Part shown: one piece after another, positions 57,950 to 64,000 of the stretch | How positions within the stretch are numbered: the first letter of the stretch is position 1 | Layout of the letters: the number at the start of each line of letters is the position of its first letter | NCBI GenBank assembly: GCA_964016885.1 | Contig: OZ024747.1 | Span: forward strand, 77,128,001 to 77,192,000 | Direction: 5' to 3' | DNA: 64,000 nucleotides | Source: Eledone cirrhosa | Taxonomy: Eukaryota | The notes under the pieces: model-generated | Database searches by the model: none | What the model saw: only the letters and a program-made list of their open reading frames with translations | What the model was told of the DNA's origin: nothing | Made by a program: the position numbers and the translations under genes

Positions 57950-58727
57950 TACATCATAAAATGATTAACCATCTTTCCAACAACCCTGAGCACGTTTTTG
58001 ATTTCCATGTGTCTAACACAGTGGGCATGCCTACAAAGTCAGAAAACAGCACAGCTCCCATGACTTTCGGAAACACTTTTTCACGCTCGGAGTTGTTGAA
58101 GCATGGAACAAACTACCTGCATCAGTTGTTAGCTGTCGAGACACTGCATCCTTTAAAACCTCCATGGAACAAACTACCTGCATCAGTTGTTAGCTGTCGA
58201 GACACTGCGTCCTTTAAAACCTCCATGGAACAAACTACCTGCATCAGTTGTTAGCTGTCGAGACACTGCATCCTTTAAAACCTCCATGGAACAAACTACC
58301 TGCATCAGTTGTTAGCTGTCGAGACACTGCATCCTTTAAAACCTCCATGGAATAAACTACCTGCATCAGTTGTTAGCTGTCGAGACACTGCATCCTTTAA
58401 AACCTCCATGGAACAAACTACCTGCATCAGTTGTTAGCTGTCGAGACACTGCGTCCTTTAAAACCTCCATGGAACAAACTACCTGCATCAGTTGTTAGCT
58501 GTCGAGACACTGCATCCTTTAAAACCTCCATGCTTCCTGAGATTCGCCAACACCACACTTGATGTCCCCCCTCCATACACACGCACACATGTATATCATG
58601 ACTCATACACTATTCATTTTCCTGACATTTGTACATTATTCTATGTACTATACATGCACCTTTGATGAGTTGTAGTGCACCTGAGCACTGTACACAATAA
58701 TTTCATTGTTATTATTTTATTATTATC
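57950..58727 (+). mobile_element. 3' end of a CR1-type LINE with an internal 61-bp tandem expansion
   Basis: Translation across a frameshift: SNT-GHAYKVRKQHSSHDFRKHFFTLGVVEAWNKLPASVVSCRDTASFKTSM, matching the TRGH..K...R..FF..RVV..WN.LP..VV......FK C-terminus of CR1 ORF2. Ends in an (ATT)n-like tail. Confidence 0.8.
58102..58532 (+). repeat. 7 x 61-bp tandem repeat
   Basis: catggaacaaactacctgcatcagttgttagctgtcgagacactgcatcctttaaaacctc, near-identical copies. Confidence 0.95.
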
Positions 58728-58778
58728 ATCTAGCAATTTGAATCTAAATTACTATTTATCTACTCTCTACGCATCCTT

Positions 58779-59512
58779 TACTCTCTGGTCCTAAGTAATT
58801 GGAGGTGGAAAAAGCGGGGAGGGGGTTGGAAAATCGATAATTTTTTTCTAGGTTGTCTCCATTGGTGTTTTGAAAAACTAGTCGTTTAGTTTACATATTG
58901 AGACCACAACCCATCCTATTTATTTTATAACGAAAGGGATTTCTAGTAATGTATCTTCTTTTGTAATGTATAATGTTTTGGGGGTTTTTTTTGTTGCTGT
59001 TGTTTTTTTTTGTATTTTTTAGTGTTTAAACTGGCCATATCCGGCCAGAATTCTCTCACTTTTTTCTATTCAAACCGGCCACTCATACCGACATTAAGGT
59101 ATTGTTGTCAAAATAAATAATTGTTTCTACTTTTGGCACAAGGCCAGCAATTACTGGTACTTTATTTTATCGACCCCGTAAGGATGAAAGGCAAAGTTAA
59201 CCTCGATGGGATTTGAACTCAGTCGGTAAAGGGATGTAACTATGCTGCAAAGCATGGCGTCCGACCCTCTAACGATGCTGCCAATCCACATCATCGAAAT
59301 CTCGTAGATTTGATATTATGTGAGGTAAAGACTTTACCGCGAAAATAAAATAGTAAATATAGAGTAATGTAAATACTAAAGGACTAAAGAAAACTAATTG
59401 TCGCCACTTAAGATAAAATTTCGCCGGAGATAGATTAGCAAAATTTTATAAGCGGGAGTGGGTGGAAAAATTAATAAGCGGGGATGGGCTGATTATACGA
59501 GATCCGAGAGTA
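58779..59512. mobile_element. Putative MITE with TACTCTC...GAGAGTA ends, containing a SINE insertion
   Basis: tactctctggtcc at 58779 and gatccgagagta at 59512, internal aagcggg(g) motifs, similar right end at ~14280-14306. Confidence 0.45.
59117..59290 (-). mobile_element. tRNA-derived SINE with a short internal deletion
   Basis: Matches the copy at 14611-14797. Confidence 0.88.
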
Positions 59513-59690
59513 GTTGTTTTTAATCTGTAGACTACTCGGGGGTAATAAAATGGTTAATAGTGATAATATAATATCGGTATCTCTGTTGTTTTTCTCTTTC
59601 ACACAATTTTTTTTTCTTAAAGGTCAACTTTATCTTTCGTCCTTTCTTTCGAGGTCGATAAAAATGTATTAGTCTAATACTGTAATCGAT

Positions 59691-59692
<2 letters not shown>

Positions 59693-59753
<61 letters not shown>

Positions 59754-60011
59754 TCTCTCTCCCTCTCTCTTACACACACAACTCTCTCTCTCTCTTTCTC
59801 TCTCTATCACACACACACACTACACACACTGCCTCTCTCACATACACACACTCTCTCTGTCTCACTCACATACACATAGACGCACTCTCTCCCTCTTACT
59901 CACTTTTTCTCTCTTTCACACTCTCTTTCTTTCTCTCTCTCACACACACTCTCTCTCACTCTTTCTCTCTCTCACACGCTCTCTCATTCTCTCTCTCTCT
60001 CACACACACAA
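59693..60011. repeat. (CT)n/(CA)n microsatellite
   Basis: Direct inspection. Confidence 0.9.
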
Positions 60012-60340
60012 CCACTTTAAAATGAAAGATACCCGACTGATTGATATGGAACCACACGCGCTGTCTCCTCAGTTTGCCTTTTCTACCATTAAACATATAT
60101 TTGCTTCTCACTACTAGTTAACTGTGTACCAACTCCATCCAAACTTACTCGACACTTTTCTCTCTCCCACCTTTCACACCATAACTTGTATACTCCCCCC
60201 CCCCCCCACGCCCCAGGGAGACCTTAATCCAGAATTGTTTTTGTCCCCAGTACGTCAAGTTTCCAGAATATCTCCCTCCAACCATGTTTTCCATTAGTTC
60301 TTCAAATTGACCACTAGCTACGTCATGATTAACCATTCTA

Positions 60341-60535
60341 GGGCGGTGGTTTAGCAGTATTGGTAGAGTGTCAGACACCATGCTTTTCGGCATAGAGTTA
60401 TGGCCCTTTACGTTCTCAGTTCAAATCCCGCCGAGATTAACTTTGCCTTTCATCCTTACTGGGTCTATAAAATAAAGCACCAGTAATGCACTGGGGTTAT
60501 TGCTGGCCTTGTGCCAAAATTAGAAACAATTATTA
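60341..60535 (+). mobile_element. tRNA-derived SINE, full length, with target-site duplication
   Basis: Starts GGGCGGTGGTTTAGCAGTATTGGTAG. Flanked by attaaccattcta (60328-60340) and attaactattcta (60532-60544). Confidence 0.9.
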
Positions 60536-61000
60536 ACTATTCTAGGATGGCTTTGCAAGGTTACGAACGCGATCTATTTCTTCGGATCATACTACGGAAA
60601 AAAAAGGAAAAAAAAGGACAGTAGACATTAAATTATTTTTGAATAGATGAAAATTTGTGAAAATATATCAAGACGTGTTACGATGTTCAGTCAGCATAAA
60701 TATATATAACTATTGAAGATTTATGTCATGTTTTAACCTTCTAAAAGATATGCTGTTGCATCGTTTTATAAGCAGACGATATCTAAGTATTTCTGAGGAG
60801 ACGAGAAATTGAGAAAATAAATCAAGATAATATCTCTAAAACATTCGGTATAGATAACTATATATAACTACGGAAGAAGATTTCTATCACAAAGACTGTA
60901 TTGATGTGTTGTTTTCAATGCAGACGACATCAAAGTATTTTCAAAGACACGAGAAATTGAAATAATAAATCACAACATCTTAAGATTTCCAGTTAAAATA

Positions 61001-61120
61001 TACGAAGGTCTGCTGCAAAGTTCATAAACTAACTATGTAGGAGTGATGCTAGAGTTGTGAAATCTTGCATTCATTAATTTAAACACTTCTTATTGATAAT
61101 TGCATTGTTTCTTTCTGGGG
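61001..61120 (+). mobile_element. Possible mariner-type terminal fragment
   Basis: TA CGAAGGTCTGCTGCAAAGTTC resembles TA CGAGGG...AAAAGTTC mariner inverted repeats. No partner end found. Confidence 0.4.
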
Positions 61121-61370
61121 ACTATGTTGAAAAATAGACCTCCTTTGGTCATTCCTTGAGAGTATCTTGGTCAGCCATTGTCCTTTTCAGTCGATCCTCG
61201 TATTTTCTCAAAAGTATCTCTATAAATGTTTTAGTTACGGATTAGCAGAATCAATAGATGGGTGCTTTGCAGTGTTTAGTTGCGAACGCGTTCATTTTGA
61301 TTTCAAAATACGTGAAAATCAACTGTGTTTGTTTTGTTTCATATATCAACTATATATATATATATATATA

Positions 61371-62475
<1,105 letters not shown>

Positions 62476-62583
62476 TAAACGGAATAGAAAATGCTGACAA
62501 ATTGTTCACAGTGAAAAATAGTTTAATTAGGAATAAGTGAGAATTAGTAATTGTATTGGTTAGTATTCAGTTTTGGTTTTAAG

Positions 62584-62619
62584 TTTTACCGGTTGCGCAT
62601 TTCTAATGCTTTTCAAAAA
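62584..62619 (-). ncRNA. Variant hammerhead-like motif (UUGAAAA core, GAAA changed to GCAA) in an element ending at 62471
   Basis: Minus strand: TTT TTGAAAA GCATT AGA AATGC GCAA CCGG TA AAA. The element terminus ...ttctattccgtttaccaa(ta)n recurs at 3775-3824. Confidence 0.5.
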
Positions 62620-62978
62620 TAAATTTGAAATAGAGCGTCCGTGATGTTTGCTCTGATCTGATTAGTTTTGGGAATTCTACCTGTTTTTATGTTAAAAAAG
62701 TGGCTCCAGCGGTATTAAAATAAGTTTTGCGCCAATTCATGTTGCAAAAATTCTTGTGGTCGAAACAATTTTGATTGGTCGGTAGAGGTCATGTGAATGT
62801 AAAAAATTGATTTTGCGCCAAATGTAGGTTTGTGTCGGCTGACTGAGAAATGACTCTTTCACAACAAATATGTGTGTGTGTGTGTGTAGTAGAAGTAAAG
62901 TGTTCGTTGTTGTGATAGTGGTCAGCAGGGATGTGTGTGCGAACCGCAGCCTGTTGACAGTTCAAATGCCTATTAAGA

Positions 62979-63053
<75 letters not shown>

Positions 63054-63162
63054 CAGAGTAATTCGTGGTAGAGGGATGGTCAGTAGGAATGTGTCTGTAA
63101 GTGAGTGGGGGATATTTTAACATGTTAAAAGATATTTTTCAGCTCTTGTCTTATACGGAGAA

Positions 63163-63211
<49 letters not shown>

Positions 63212-63446
63212 TCTCTTTATATGTTAATGTACGCGTGTGTATTTGTGTGTGTATATGTGTGTGTGTGTGTGTGAGAATGTGTGTGTGTGGGTGGACTAGT
63301 ATTTTTTTCCTGGTAAAATGGTGTACATTATTCGATATTTTCAGTAAAATCGATTCTCTCAAGAGAACATCAAAAACCTTAATAATAAAAGGTGTGAAAT
63401 GATATATAGTATTGGCATAATACCAAGGTGTGTGTGAGTGTGTGTG

Positions 63447-63958
63447 TGTGTCCAGATTGTACGTACTGAAAGGGGGATCCATTAGGCCTTGCCGTATTGG
63501 AATACCTGTGCACAAATATGTATCTGGAGTGTGTCCAGAAATTGTATACCTGTGCACAAATTGTATACTTGTGCACAAATTGTACACATGTATCTGGAGT
63601 GTGTCCAGAAATTGTATACCTGTGCACAAATATGTATCTGGAGTGTGTCCAGATTGTAAGGCCTTGCCGTATTGGAATACCTGGGCACAAATATGTATCT
63701 GGAGTGTGTCCAGAAATTGTATACCTGTGCACAAATTGTACACTTGTGCACAAATTGTACACATGTATCTGGAGTGTGTCCAGAAATTGTATACCTGTGC
63801 ACAAATTGTACACTTGTGCACAAATTGTACACATGTATCTGGAGTGTGTCCAGAAATTGTATACCTGTGTACAAATATGTATCTGGAGTGTGTCCAGATT
63901 GCACGTACTGCAAGGGGAATTCATTAGGCTTTGCCGTATTGGAATACCTGTGCACAAA
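63447..63958. repeat. Composite minisatellite (gtatctggagtgtgtccagaaattgtatacctgtgcacaaat plus ~20-bp subunits)
   Basis: Repeated modules bounded by ~65-bp direct repeats at about 63451 and 63894. Confidence 0.85.
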
Positions 63959-64000
63959 AATGTATGTGCCCATCAGTGTGCAATGCATGTGTGCGTTTAT

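Noticed and set aside
60745-60980. Two diverged ~85-bp direct repeats (gcagacga...acgagaaattga)
   Set aside because: Old local duplication with no termini, ORF or RNA motif to support a specific call.
63117-63988. Overlapping 165-234 aa ORFs on both strands
   Set aside because: They derive from a stop-poor composite minisatellite and show no domain features.

Overview
Eukaryotic (animal) repeat-dominated DNA with no recognisable host protein-coding exon. The SINE type and the extreme (TA)n/(CA)n density suggest an octopus-like mollusc (inference). About 25.7 kb (30144-55851) is one 20-bp satellite array with higher-order structure. The rest is a mosaic of microsatellites, tRNA-derived SINEs, fossils of hAT, mariner, CR1 and R4/Dong-like elements, and several minisatellites. 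The main signal is about ten near-perfect palindromes (arms 47-1038 bp) sitting in or against (TA)n tracts. The largest encodes the C-terminal GIY-YIG endonuclease region of a Penelope-like retroelement (PLE). Many of these palindromes, and related solo inserts in (TA)n, carry type I hammerhead ribozyme (HHR) motifs. Together they point to a multi-family set of (TA)n-targeting, ribozyme-bearing PLEs/retrozymes that integrate as asymmetric head-to-head foldbacks. All alignments and folds were done by eye. Almost all ORFs in the supplied track are microsatellite translation artefacts.
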